The notes beneath the pieces are model-generated. The model saw only the letters and a program-made list of their open reading frames with translations. It was not told the origin of the DNA and did no database searches. DNA of 64,000 bases from Lama guanicoe (lineage: Eukaryota), in NCBI GenBank assembly GCA_013239625.1, contig MU054662.1, positions 13,753,798 through 13,817,797 of the forward strand, written 5' to 3'. The position numbers and the translations under genes were made by a program. Positions 1 through 11,523 of the stretch are shown piece after piece (within the stretch, counting starts at the first letter, position 1; every line of letters begins with the position of its first letter).

Positions 1-299
1 CTTCACTAATCTAAACCACAAAAGTTGCCCCAGTGTTTAATAAATAAAATGAAACCCCTGCGGCCTGGCACTCGGCGTCCCCTCGGCACGTCCCCTCACC
101 CGACTGTCTCTGCTCCGCTCGGGTCCCGGTGACTGGCTGGCGGCTCCCAGGACCGGTGTCCACGCCACCTCTGCTGTTTTGACGTCAGCCCCGCATCAGA
201 TGGAGCCTGGACCGCAAAGCTGTGCGGCGGCAGCCCCGTCTGTCACTGCTCCTCCCTCCTCGGGCCCCGTTTTGCGTCTGCATCAGCACTGCGGACTCG

Positions 300-445
300 G
301 TGCTAACTGCGTACTGTCTCTATTGTCTTCATCTCTAGACTCCAAAGCCTAGAGGTTCTGAGACCTGATTTTACTCACCGCTGTGGCCCTGTCAGCATGC
401 GGCACACAGCAGGCGCTCCGTGACTTCTGTTACAGGTGAATGAGA
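300..445 (+). mobile_element. L2 3' end
   Basis: ctagactccaaagcctagagg...ttactcaccgctgtggccctgtcagcatgcggcacacagcaggcgctc...gtgaatga. Confidence 0.6.
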
Positions 446-2009
446 TGCTTATCTCTGCAGAAAGCCTAGGTGGTCGATGGACAAGGCCGTGGCATGAAGG
501 GGACCCGCGCACAGGTGGCGTGGTGGAGAGGCAGCTGCGATGACGGCATTCTGATGGCTTCAGGCCCCCATCCCAGCTCTTCTTCTCCAGGACTGGCTGT
601 GGGACGCGCTCTGGGCAGAGAACGCTAAGGGCCTTTTCACGCCCCTGGACCACACACCCTTCGACGTGAACAGAACTGTGAGGCCTGGCACGGGCCAGGC
701 TGGCTAAAGTCCCCAGATGTGGTTGGGGACCACAGGGCAGCCACAGGGTGTCCTGGTTACCTGCTCTGAGGGATGGCCTTCGCGAGTGGGTCTGACCACA
801 GAGCCCAGCGGGTCCTGCACGGGTGCCTGGAGGAGGCGGGGCCACCCATTTGCTGGATAGAATGACGATGACGTTTGAGCAGAACGGTGCCGTGACCGAG
901 CCGGGGTGGGCTGGCTGGTCCGCAGGGGCCACACGAGGTGCACGGCCGAGTTCCCTTACACCTAGGCAGACCCCGTCATCACTTCTCCCAAAAGCGGCGT
1001 GAGCAAGATGCCGCGGCAGCTCCCGGCCCAGGCGCGCTCCCCCCAGCCTCGCTGGTCAAGTGGCCGCGCAGCCCTGAGGCTCAATGTCCGAGTGCGGCAG
1101 AGCCACGGCTGGAGGGGCCTGACGCCCAGCATCACCCTCCGGGTACAGTGACATGGGGGCGGGGAGACACAGGTGTTTTTGCCCGAAGAGCTAAGATCTG
1201 TGGGCTGTTCCCTGTTACACTTAGTTACTCAGAGACACTGTTCAAAGCACTTCCCCAAATCCACGCCCCTTTCTTTGTGAGGAGAGGGGCGTGTGCCTGG
1301 CCGGGGCCTCGCCACCAGAAGCCAGGACTTCCGCAGGAGAACCTGTGTGCTTCTCTCTCCGCTGCACCACAGGCTCGCTCCCCGGCGCTGAAAGCTGGTC
1401 ACGGGCGCTGTCATTGCCTCCTCCGCCGCCGGCCTGCAGCTCCGGGGGACCCGCCGTCGCTCTTCTCGAGAGGCGGGAAGAGGCAGGAGCGCAGGGGCGG
1501 AGGGCTCTCGAGACGCCGCTCCGAGAAGACGGAGGACGGCTGGCGGGCCCTCGAGCACTTGCTGTTTTGTCTGGTTCTTGTTCTGATTCTCGAAGTGAAG
1601 AGACGCCACTTAGCCGGGGGCCGCCTGCCTCCTCGTATCCCGCTCTCTCTCCCGACGAGGACTTGGAGGGGAATTTCAAGACGTGCGTGTAGGCAGGGAG
1701 GAGAGGGGCTGCTGGCAGGAACGGGGAGACGCAGCGGCCCGCCTCTCTGGGCTGCACGCTCCCTTGGATGGCGGCCGGGGATTAATCAGGGTCCGGTCCC
1801 CCTGCCACACATCCTGAGTGGAGCCTGGCTTGTGACCAACGTCACCCAGCAACGCGGCGTCCTTCCCTGACCGTCTTCCCCCACAACCTTCTTCCTCCCC
1901 TTTCTGCCTTTCTCAGCAGTGGTGAGTTCACTCCTTCAACGGGCTGGTGTGCCAGTTTCAACTACCTCCCAATCCAGAATGGGCGCGACAGACCCGCCAG
2001 GGGCGTCCT

Positions 2010-2127
2010 CCCGTGAGCTCAGGGGAGCCCCCCCGCACTTTCCTACCCACCAGCAGCACTCACCCCGGGGGCTGGCACACAGTTGGCGCTTAACAAATGC
2101 TCGTTGCGTGAATGAGTGAATGGATGA
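2010..2127 (+). mobile_element. L2 3' end
   Basis: gctggcacacagttggcgcttaacaaatgctcgttgcgtgaatgagtgaatggatga. Confidence 0.7.
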
Positions 2128-2739
2128 CTTCTATTACGTCTTTCTATAAATGTGTGTTTATCATCTGCTATCCAATCACATGACAAACAGACTGAGGCAA
2201 ATGATCGAACGTCGGTGCGCCATCAGCGGCCACTCACTTTTACATGTTCTTTGTTAATAGGTAAATAAGACATGCTTCTGCCATTTTCTAGTGAATAAAA
2301 GGAGTTCTGGGTCTAAATTCAAAAAAGTCAAAACCAACCCTCAGGCATCTGGGAGGGAGACAAAGGGAAGCTAGCCAGACAGAGAGGTGAGTTAATCCAA
2401 GTTCCTGGGAAGCAGGAAGCAGCCACTTCTTGGGTATCTGGGCAAGAAAAACCCTGGGCTCTTGGCAACCACAGGAGACCAGACGGGAATGGAGTCTCCA
2501 GGTAGCCTGTGGGGACCAGCGGGAAGCGGAGGTAAGGCCAGGTGAGAACTCACTTCAGCAGACACGCTTTGGGCTCCTGAATTACGCCTGCCTGACTCTC
2601 TGGGGGAAACCAAGAGTGGCCAGAGCTTTGTTCACCAACACCTGTGACAGGAACGGGAGAAACAGAGACAGCTACAGCTAACTGACCCAAGGCTGACCAC
2701 GACTGATGACGAGTGGCCCATCGGAATCACACAAGTGCC

Positions 2740-3400
2740 GGGGAAAGGCATTTCATCAAGGTGGGTGGCAGCGTGTATGACAGGACACTCCAGGCAGCTG
2801 AGCGTCCTGAGTGAGGCGTCGTGTTGACTGGCAGCTCTGGAAGCAGAAGACAGGAGGGGAGGTTACAGCGAGAAGGAACGTTTCAACGGCTCACCAGAGA
2901 AAGGCAGTTACTGAACTGGTCAGCAGAAGAATGAGGTGTGGGAGGGGAGAAAATGCTTTGCTGAAAAGAAGACTGGAAAGTTTGGAAGGGTCACATCGTT
3001 GAGGGTTTTAAACGTGAGGCTTAAGCATTTGTGCTTTGCTCTGAATGCTCTTGTGAGCATAAGAGTGACTGGACAAAACCTGTGTTCTAGGAAGAAGAGC
3101 GGCAGGCAGTGTGCAAGGTGCGTGGTACAAGGAAGGCCCTGGAGCAGGAGGACCGGGCTGAAGGTGGAGGCAGGACCACGAGGCCCTGAGATGGTGCAGT
3201 GCTGCTGGCAGCGCGTCAGGAAAGGTCTGGGCTGAAAGTCAGAGCCAGATGGGCAGACAGTGGCTGGTTGAGCGTGAGGATAAAAGAGGTGGAGAAAAAT
3301 TGTAGGAGTTGGAGCCACAGTGACAAGGGGAAGGAGGATGGCATTAAGAAAGCCGGGGGAGTAGGGAGAGTGTGTTCACGCTAAGTAGACTAATTTGTTT
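2740..3400 (-). mobile_element. L2 LINE fragment
   Basis: Purine-rich antisense L2-like sequence (gagggttttaaacgtgaggcttaagcatttgtgctttgctctg; ggcagacagtggctggttgagcgtgagg). Confidence 0.5.
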
Positions 3401-6400
3401 CTGTAGCATGAGGGCAGGAGTCTGGAGCTGAAAAAATGAGACAGAGATGGATTGGGGGGTATTAAAAATGACAAGTGTTTGAAGGTACTATTGTGAATTT
3501 AATAGCAGATTGATTAGAGGAGAAAAAATGAAGAGTTGTCCTTTATTCTGCAGACCTGGTTACGTCTGAATTTCAATGACGGATCGTGAGCTGCATTTGC
3601 TGATGGAGCTTCCGTCTGACCGCTGGCTGGCTCCCTACCAGGAGGACGTGGACTCCTGGAGACGTGCCCTCTCTCCTCCAGCATCCAAGCACAGCATGGC
3701 CCACCTCAGAGAGCCTCCCCAACCGGCCTAGGGACAGAGTCTCGCCGGGCGCAGCCTCCCCAGGTCTCACAGCTTTCCTCAGAACTCCCGACAATTTGTA
3801 AAGCCCCGTTCAGGACGCAGGTGGACAGAGTGAAAGGATTCAGGACCACAGTCAGCGCCTTAACCTCCAGAAGTTTACAAGTGCCCACGTGTTCTCTCCT
3901 GGACCCGACAAGTTAGAGGCCTTTGCCCTAAACTTCAAACATACGTTGTAGAGAGACGACCAAGGCCACGTGACACCAGTGAACACCTTACAAGGCATCA
4001 AGGACTTCGTACAACGCTAGTGGTGGCGGCTCTGCGAAGGGGTGCACCGTTCCCATTTACAAATGTCAGCGTGGATTCGCGATCGACACGGCGGACTAAA
4101 CTTCTGAGCGTTTCACTCCAGGCTGACTGTTCGCTGGCCGTGTGCCGCCAGATACGTCCTCAGCCTTTCTGGGACTCCGGCTGCACAACAGAAGAATGGG
4201 GCTAATGATGGCGTGTAACGGCCTGCTTGGTAAGGCCGTGGGGATGAGCAGTGAGCGGGCCTCCAGGTGAGAAAGAGGCTCGGAGCTCCGGGAGGAGAAG
4301 CCACAGCCGACGAGAACGCAGAGCTCTCACCGCTCCCTGGTCTGTCTCCCGCTAACCCAGAGGACTCCCTGTCCGGGCCGCGTAATGTGACAGGGCTGGA
4401 GCCCGCGTTCAGTATAGACAAGCAGGGGGGAGTCTCATTTGAGATTAAACTTCTAAAAAGAGCTGTCAAATCTGCAAGCCACTGCCCTCCTGACCTCTGC
4501 CGAGAGCTAAGACCTGCTAAGACCTCCAGCATGCTTCTGCTCTGCAGGGGCTGGATGAACGGAGCCTCCTTACACCAGCGTCTCCTCGGCAGCCCCTCGG
4601 ATGCTAAAGGAGCAGACCCCCTCGGCACTAGGGCCCCGGCCCCGTGAGTCAGGCCCCCGCTCCCCAGCGTGCGCTTCAAGCAGCTGGTCGGAGGGATGTC
4701 TTTGTTTCCGAGGCTGAAACCCTCACGCCCGACTTGCTGGGTCGTGTCCTGCAGGCAGGTTCCGGCCTCGGCGCCTCTGGCAAAGCCCAGTGTGGAAAGC
4801 AAGCCCGCTGACCATCCAGACGGGGGAGGGGAGGATGGCGGTGACCGGGGGGCAGTAGGTCGCGCGGAGTTTGATGAGTTATGAGGTGTTGACGGGCCGG
4901 AGGACGAGGTGGGCTGTCCGGGCTGACCAGCGCATGGCAGATGGGGGAGGGAGGTACCTCCTGAGCAGACAGGTGGGTGAGAAATGCCCACCTGCTAAAA
5001 TACAGAGAACACGCCACCTGAGCAGGACAGAGGCCAATTCTGGTTGTCCAGCACTTACTGGACAGTAGCAAGTACATGTGAGCCGTAAACTAGCACCATT
5101 GTGCTCAGCTGGGATGGGCCTGCGGCCGCTGCACTACCAACACTGCAGAATGAAACCCGTACGTCCCCAGTCCCCCCAAATCCTCTCCTGCTCTCCCCAG
5201 CCCACCTCTGAGCTGAGGCACGGGGTGGGGGAGCCACGAGCCCCCTGCCCTTCCCACCCCAAGTGCGACGGCTAATTTACTCGCAAAATTTGTTTCCTCT
5301 TTTCCATCGCCTGTACGATTCAGCTTTCTACTGATACACCAGTCATCGCCTCCTCCAAGCTCCCCAGTCCCCACCCCAACATCTGCAGCTCTTACTGGGT
5401 GAATAAATGCCTGTTTTCGGCATAACAATCTGCCGTGGACGCCTCGTCTGTTCAGCATCAGAGCCTCCTGCTGGTGTGGCTGGAGCCGCTTGCTCACTGA
5501 AGGCCCTGCCTGCTCCCTGCGGCTGCGCAGGTGGCCCCCACGGCTGCCCTGAGCTCATCCCGTCAGCTCAGTGGGCCTGCGGCCTGAGCAGCCGACCCCA
5601 GTTTGGAGCCCGGCCTCTGACTTCAGAGGAGGCTTGTGGGGGGGGGAGGGCAGGGCTCGGGGAGGGAAGACACACAGAGTGAGAAGCTGAGATGCTTAGA
5701 GAGACCCCCGCACCTCCACTCAGGGCCGGGGAAGGGAACCGCCCACAGCCTGTCTGCTAGGCGCCCACCCCTGCCTGAGGAGGGGCACAGCGGGTGGGTT
5801 GAAGGCCGGCGCCGTCGGGAAGCGCAGGTGCTCAGCCGCACCCCGGGCCAGGCCCGGCCTCTCCTCCGTCATCTCACTAACCTGTCCACGCGGCCTCGGG
5901 CAGCGCGTCCCAGGAGTTTTGACTCTCCGCGCCCCCACCTCCCACATAAGGAAACGGCTTCACAGAGGTTTCAAGTCCACACTGGAGGCACATGACGAGG
6001 CGCAGCAGCAGCTGCCGGGGACTGGGCCCTGCCCCTGCCGGGCACGATGCTGAGCCTGTGTGGGGGGCGTCACCTGGCCCCCAGCAGCCCCCCAATGCAG
6101 GATCCAGGCCACCTATGACACCGTATGATCCTCACCCCGTCCCAGCACTCATCTTCCAAGTCTGCAAAGAGGCCTGAGCACCTTAGGGAAGCCTTCTGCC
6201 TCCTCCCCCCCGCCCCGGGTCCTTCCAGGGCTGCCGGACCCTCCAGTGGACCCTGCGGTCCGAGTCATGTAAACGAACCGGGCACTCCCACGGGAAGCAT
6301 TTGTGCTGGACTCCTGCAGAGCTTGACGGGGGTGGGGGCACCAGCTCGAGGGGCAGCAGAGAAGAATGGGGCGCACCACCAGGAGGCCACTCGGTCCCCC

Positions 6401-9400
6401 GCCACCTTCTCTCGTCTGAAACCATTTCAAAGACATTAATAATTCATCAACCCCAGAGGTGAAGGAAAAATTTTAAAAAGAGGAAAACAAAGATCTAATG
6501 GGCTTCAAGCCTCCCACACACTTGGCAAAGGTTGTGTGCGTGCTCTGCTGCTGGAGAGCAGGAGGATGAGGGGGACGCGGGGGAGGGTGTACCAGCTTGG
6601 CAACGGGCACACTTTCTAACGGGAGGGCGCCCGCCACGATCGACCTGCGCACCCACGCCTGCAGCGCTTTAGGGTTTACAGTTTTCATGGACACACTGTG
6701 CTCGCTGAAGGAAAACTGAGTGAGCACGGTGCAGCTTCCAGTTACCTAACTTCTCAGGTGAGGGAATAGCCTTCAAGAGCCCAGGGGCCTGCCGCCCACC
6801 AGACGCGGTCCTCCGCCCCTCCCCCCGGGGGCCCCTCGTGCCCGGCGCCTGTCCCATCACAGGGGAGTCAGCTCGTCTGGAAGGAAGAGCTGGAGACAGG
6901 GTCTCTGGATTTCCGCACAGTCTCGGCTGAGAGTCCCGGGGGTGAAAGCGGCTGCGAGGTCCCGGGGATATGAAAGCGTCTCCTCCTGACCTTCCAGAGC
7001 CCCTTGGAGAGGTTTGCAAGAAGCAAGACCCTTGTTCACGGTTAAGGGACACAGAGACCAGGAGTTCAAGCACCACCTGCTGAGAAGCAGGCTCCTCCTG
7101 CACGGGCTGTTTCCACCTCGGTGTCCGGAACCCGCGCCCCTCACCACCCCGGCCCGCCTTCAGAATCCCGTCATTCCACACGACCGAGGGGCTACGTAAA
7201 CGGGGCGAGACACCCCTTCGGAGCCCCGCCTCACCCTCTCCGCTGTGACCTTTCACCTACCGGTGCCCCAGGGGAAGAGGAAAGCGTGCTTTGTGACTCT
7301 GTGGACGGTGAGGGGCCGTCACCCTTCTCCGAGTTTGCGGTTTGGCTGCGTGTGAATGCGCACTTCTTTACTGCAGAGCTCGGAACTTCTGGGAGAAGCT
7401 GCTTCATCAAAAGATGTCACCCCTGGAGGCTTACGCACCCCGCACACCGGGGAGAACACGGAGCGCCCAGCGTCCCCCCATCACCAGCGACCCCCACCCT
7501 CCACGCTCACCGTGGGCCCAGGGCGACCCGTTCCCTCTCCACCGCCCACAGAGTGGTCTGTTCTGACTCCCTTCCTGGTACAGAGACACCCCTCCAGGAA
7601 CCTGGGAGTGTGAATGTGCTAACGCAGGTAAATTGTAATTAATTTCCCTCTAATTGATGCGTAGGACTACCTGGGCCCCTCATTTTCTTCCCTTCATTCC
7701 TTTATAAATATGTGATTTGACAGGTTAATTTGAAAGCAAAAGTTAGATTCTTTACAGCCACCTAAGCAGGGGCCCCAGAACGCAATTTGCTGTCTAGTTG
7801 TGTGAAGCATAATAAAAGGGTTGAAGTCAGGTTATCTTTTTTTTTTAATCGTCATTTTACTAATTTAATCTTTTCCCCTTCCTAAGGTAATGAAATATTC
7901 ATCCCACAGCCTGAATACCTTGGCAGGCGTCGGCGAGGAAGTGGGGACCAGAGGGCTGGGGCCTTGCAGGTGACCCTTCCCGCGGGCCCTGCAGCCCGAC
8001 CTGGAGGGGAGGGGAAGCCAGAGAGAAGCACCACGAAGTCCTGCAGCCTCTGGGCCGGGAGTGCCTCAGCCATTGTCTACGAGGCGGAGGGAAAGGCCAG
8101 GCTCTGCCTCAGGCGAGTGGCAGGGAGGGCTTCCAGCCTGAGGAAGACTTCTCCGCAGGGGAGCTGATGCCCTGGCCGGGGAGGGGGGGGCAGCTGACCC
8201 AATGGCAGGCTTAGCTGCGACCGCTCTTTGGGCTCTTTGCAGTGACACCGAGGCAAGGGCTGGGGCTCCTCTCAGTCTGCCAGTGCCTCTTGGTGCTCAG
8301 ACCGCATTCCCAACCACGGATGGCATCGCCTCCTGCTGGTTTGCTCAAAAGCTCTCCACACCCAGGCCTGCCCACTTGACGGCCTCCTCCTCCCTGGAGA
8401 GCCGGCCCTTCCGCTAGCAAGGATCCAAGACCACCTGGCTCAGTTCTTTCCCTCAAAGCATCAGTCCAACAGCAGGAGGCAGATGCATCTTGGGAACATC
8501 TCTAGGCTCCACCCCAGGGGCTTTCTTCTTGGGCCTCCACCTTCCCCTCTCCTGACTGCCCAGGTTAAAAGCAAGAAGGAAAAGGGACGAATGCAGGTTT
8601 CTCTCTGCAGGCACGGTGAGGTGCCTGCCTCTCACACGTCCAGTACCACACACCTAGGTCCACTAGATTCAGGAGGCAGAGCCCCCTAAGGAGATGCACG
8701 TCCAGGTGAGCTGAGGAGACACGTTCTCGCCAGCTGGTGCTCTCCCTCACCCGCAGAGAAGAGGAAGTCCCTGCTCTGGCTGGGGGACCGGGGGAGGAGG
8801 AGCGGGCGCTGGGAGGCAGGGGCTCGATTCGGGCCCGGGAGTCACCAGGTGGCCCTGCGGAGACGACACGCAGACGCATCTCATGCAGAGAGCTCCGGCC
8901 CGAACGCTCAGCCCCAGCCACCCCAGGGTCCCCGGCCGTCAGGCTCCTGCTCCACGGGAAGAGTCCGTGCAGACGGAGACCAGAAACGAGACGGTCCCAT
9001 CTGTCGCCGCCGTCACGACTGTACCCCCTGCACCATGTCACTCACTTGTATTTGCCATGAAAGGGCTGACCTGGCAAAACAGTGTGATGAAACAAGAGAC
9101 TGATAAATGCCTTGTAATCATGACTTTTTCCTTTGAACTTTACAACGTTTTCACCGTTTCAGTGGTTTTAGCCCTTTTTGCTTTCTCGTGTCGTTGCAGA
9201 CTTTTTATTTTTGTATTAGACTCTGCAATTATGACTATTCACCCACATAGAATTTAGTTCTATTTTTTACGTCCAAATAGTTGGGAAACTTCATGCATTG
9301 GGGAAAAGGTGTCCCTCGCCTACTGTTGTTTTTAATTATCAGCATTAAAATACCTTAAAATGCCGCCTGAAAATTAAAGGGAAAAAAAAAACACTTATCA

Positions 9401-10079
9401 GGGAAGCAACTGCAACACACCAGAGAAAAACGTCCTATTGAAAATGTCATGAGCAGGTTGAAGAGCCTCAGTTAGGAGCTGAGAGTGAATCCAGTCTGAG
9501 AAGCGGGGGACGGGCAGAAGAGGAGGAAAGAGCAGGTGCATGTGAAGTCAGAGAACGGAAGGAAGAACAGTCACAAGGGCAGTAAAATGCTGAACTCTGC
9601 AAAAAAAAGAGCCAGCAGGCTCTGGGAACGGGCACCGCGTGGCCCCGAAGCCCAGCTTCCCGCCCTGGAGAGCTGTGCACGGCTTGTCTCTCGTGTCTCT
9701 AGAACTGTGACCCAGGTGAGGCACGACTTTGCTCTGTCTACCCGGCTGTTTGGTTAGCATAGGTTGCTGAGGGTTTCTATATTAAAAAAATTTTTAAAAA
9801 AGGCGCGCTGTGAATGTGCCCTTGAGGGGACGCTGCCTCCTGTGCCACGGGAAGCCCCTAAAGACGGAGTGGAGCGTGGGACGGGAATGAGGGCAAGACC
9901 GAGAGGCCGAGGGAGGGAGGATGCTGGCTCCGCCTGTGCTTGAGGTTCTTAATGTCTCAACCACATCATCCTTCCTCCTCCCCTCGACGGAGACACCCCG
10001 TGGCTCTTCTTCCCTCCCTCGCCCTTCAGCCTATCCGACTGCCTTCCAGAATCCACTCCTGCACAATGCTGACCTCAAG

Positions 10080-11330
10080 GGAGCTCCAGGGTATGACGTT
10101 TAAAAGACGAGTTTTTACCACCTGTCTTCTTCTTAGTGACTATTTTGACTGCTCTGTCCTTGAAACCCTCTCCTGCTTGGGTTTCCATGAAATCACCTCC
10201 TGAAGTGTCTCCCAGTCCTTCGGCCACACCCCTCCTTTTGTCTTCTGTGACTCCTACTGTTTCCGGCACATGTGTGCCCCCCCCACCCGCCGCGCACCCT
10301 GCTCCTCCCCGGCTCTTGCCCCTTCGCGCACCACCGTTCATTACCCACGCCACACCCCCGTCATCAACTGTGCCGATCCATCTGCTGGACACCATCCACA
10401 CATCTCCTCATCTACATTCAGGCTGGAACTCTTCTCTGAACTCAGATTTTTTCAGCTGCCTGCTAGACATCGCTGCGGATCCAAATTTACACCCACACCT
10501 TCCCCAGTGCCTGCTCCCAGCTCGTTCCTCCTACCCGTCCCCATTTTGAACTCCGCTCCTCACCCCGTTTGCAGAGCCAGAATCCTGGGGGCCGTCTCCG
10601 CCTGCATGTCCCTCTCGTCGCCCCGACCCCACGCATTAACGGAGCCTGGCCCTTCCACTTGTGGAGCAGCCCTCAGACCTCCCTCTCCTCCAATCCACGG
10701 TCTTTGTCCAGGGTCAGGCCCGCATCACTTCTCAGGTAACCTGTCCGACAGGCCACTACCAACACGCTTTCCCACCTGGATTCATTTCTTCCAGTTCGTC
10801 TTCTTGACTGTCAAAGCATCTTCACAAATGCAAATCCAGTCATTTCACTCCCCTGCCTGCTTAAATTTTTTCAAAGTCTCCCTTGGTTTTGGAGGACCAA
10901 AGCCCGATTTCTTAGTGTGGCAGAAGAGCTTCCATTCTCACAAGATCCCAGCTAACAGCCGTGCACGTCTCTTTGCTCTGCCCCTTACCTGTACCCTTCC
11001 CTCGGTCCGTCTCAAGATCTGAGCAGCAATCGGAAGGCATGTGTTCCCACGGGCAGCCCCTCCCCCACCTAGCTGACCACGTTTCAGCTGCACAGGTCAC
11101 TCTCCCATCACTGTCTGCAGGAAGGACCGCCCCTCCGGGTCCCTTCTGCATGTCCCTCTAATTCCCAGAGGCGGCCTCTGGGAGAGCTCGGGTTCAGGCA
11201 TCTCTGTCTGCTCGTCTGACTGTCCCACTGGCTGAGAATTTCTTGGGGCAGGAACTGTAGTTCCATACCCCTAGTACAGTGTCTGTCACATCCTAGGAGC
11301 TAATAAAGTGCTTGTTGATCTGTTTATAAA
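10080..11330 (+). mobile_element. L2 LINE, long decayed fragment
   Basis: cttgaaaccctctcctgcttgggtttccatga; cagctgcctgctagacatc; aatcctgggggccgtc; 3' end ggggcaggaactgt...ctagtacagtgtctgtcacatcctaggagctaataaagtgcttgttga. Confidence 0.75.
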
Positions 11331-11485
11331 ATAAACACAACACGTGATCATCGACCACAAGGCTGCCTATAAAGAATCACGAAGAAATCCACTGTTTATT
11401 TTAAAAAGATGTCTTCCAAATACAGGTCCTTGGGTCAACGGCCATTTTGATCCGCAAAGCAGGAAAATCTGCTTTCTAATTTAAA

Positions 11486-11487
<2 letters not shown>

Positions 11488-11520
<33 letters not shown>
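11488..11520. repeat. (CA)16 microsatellite
   Basis: Perfect CA run. Confidence 0.98.

Positions 11521-11523
<3 letters not shown>

Noticed and set aside
938-1870. 310-aa plus-strand ORF
   Set aside because: Non-ATG start, Pro/Arg/Gly/Ala-rich, no recognisable domain, and overlapped by similar ORFs in other frames. Expected by chance at this GC content.
4113-4991. 292-aa minus-strand ORF behind a plausible acceptor
   Set aside because: No recognisable homology and an equally open opposite strand. I could not link it in frame to a credible exon chain. It would need tBLASTn and dN/dS evidence.
6180-8860. Series of minus-strand exon-like segments (about 8751-8854, 7919-8000, 6746-7256, from 6416)
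   Set aside because: Phases cannot be chained into a stop-free, recognisable protein; treated as pseudo-exons.
10270-11022. 250-aa ORF
   Set aside because: Lies inside a decayed L2 element.
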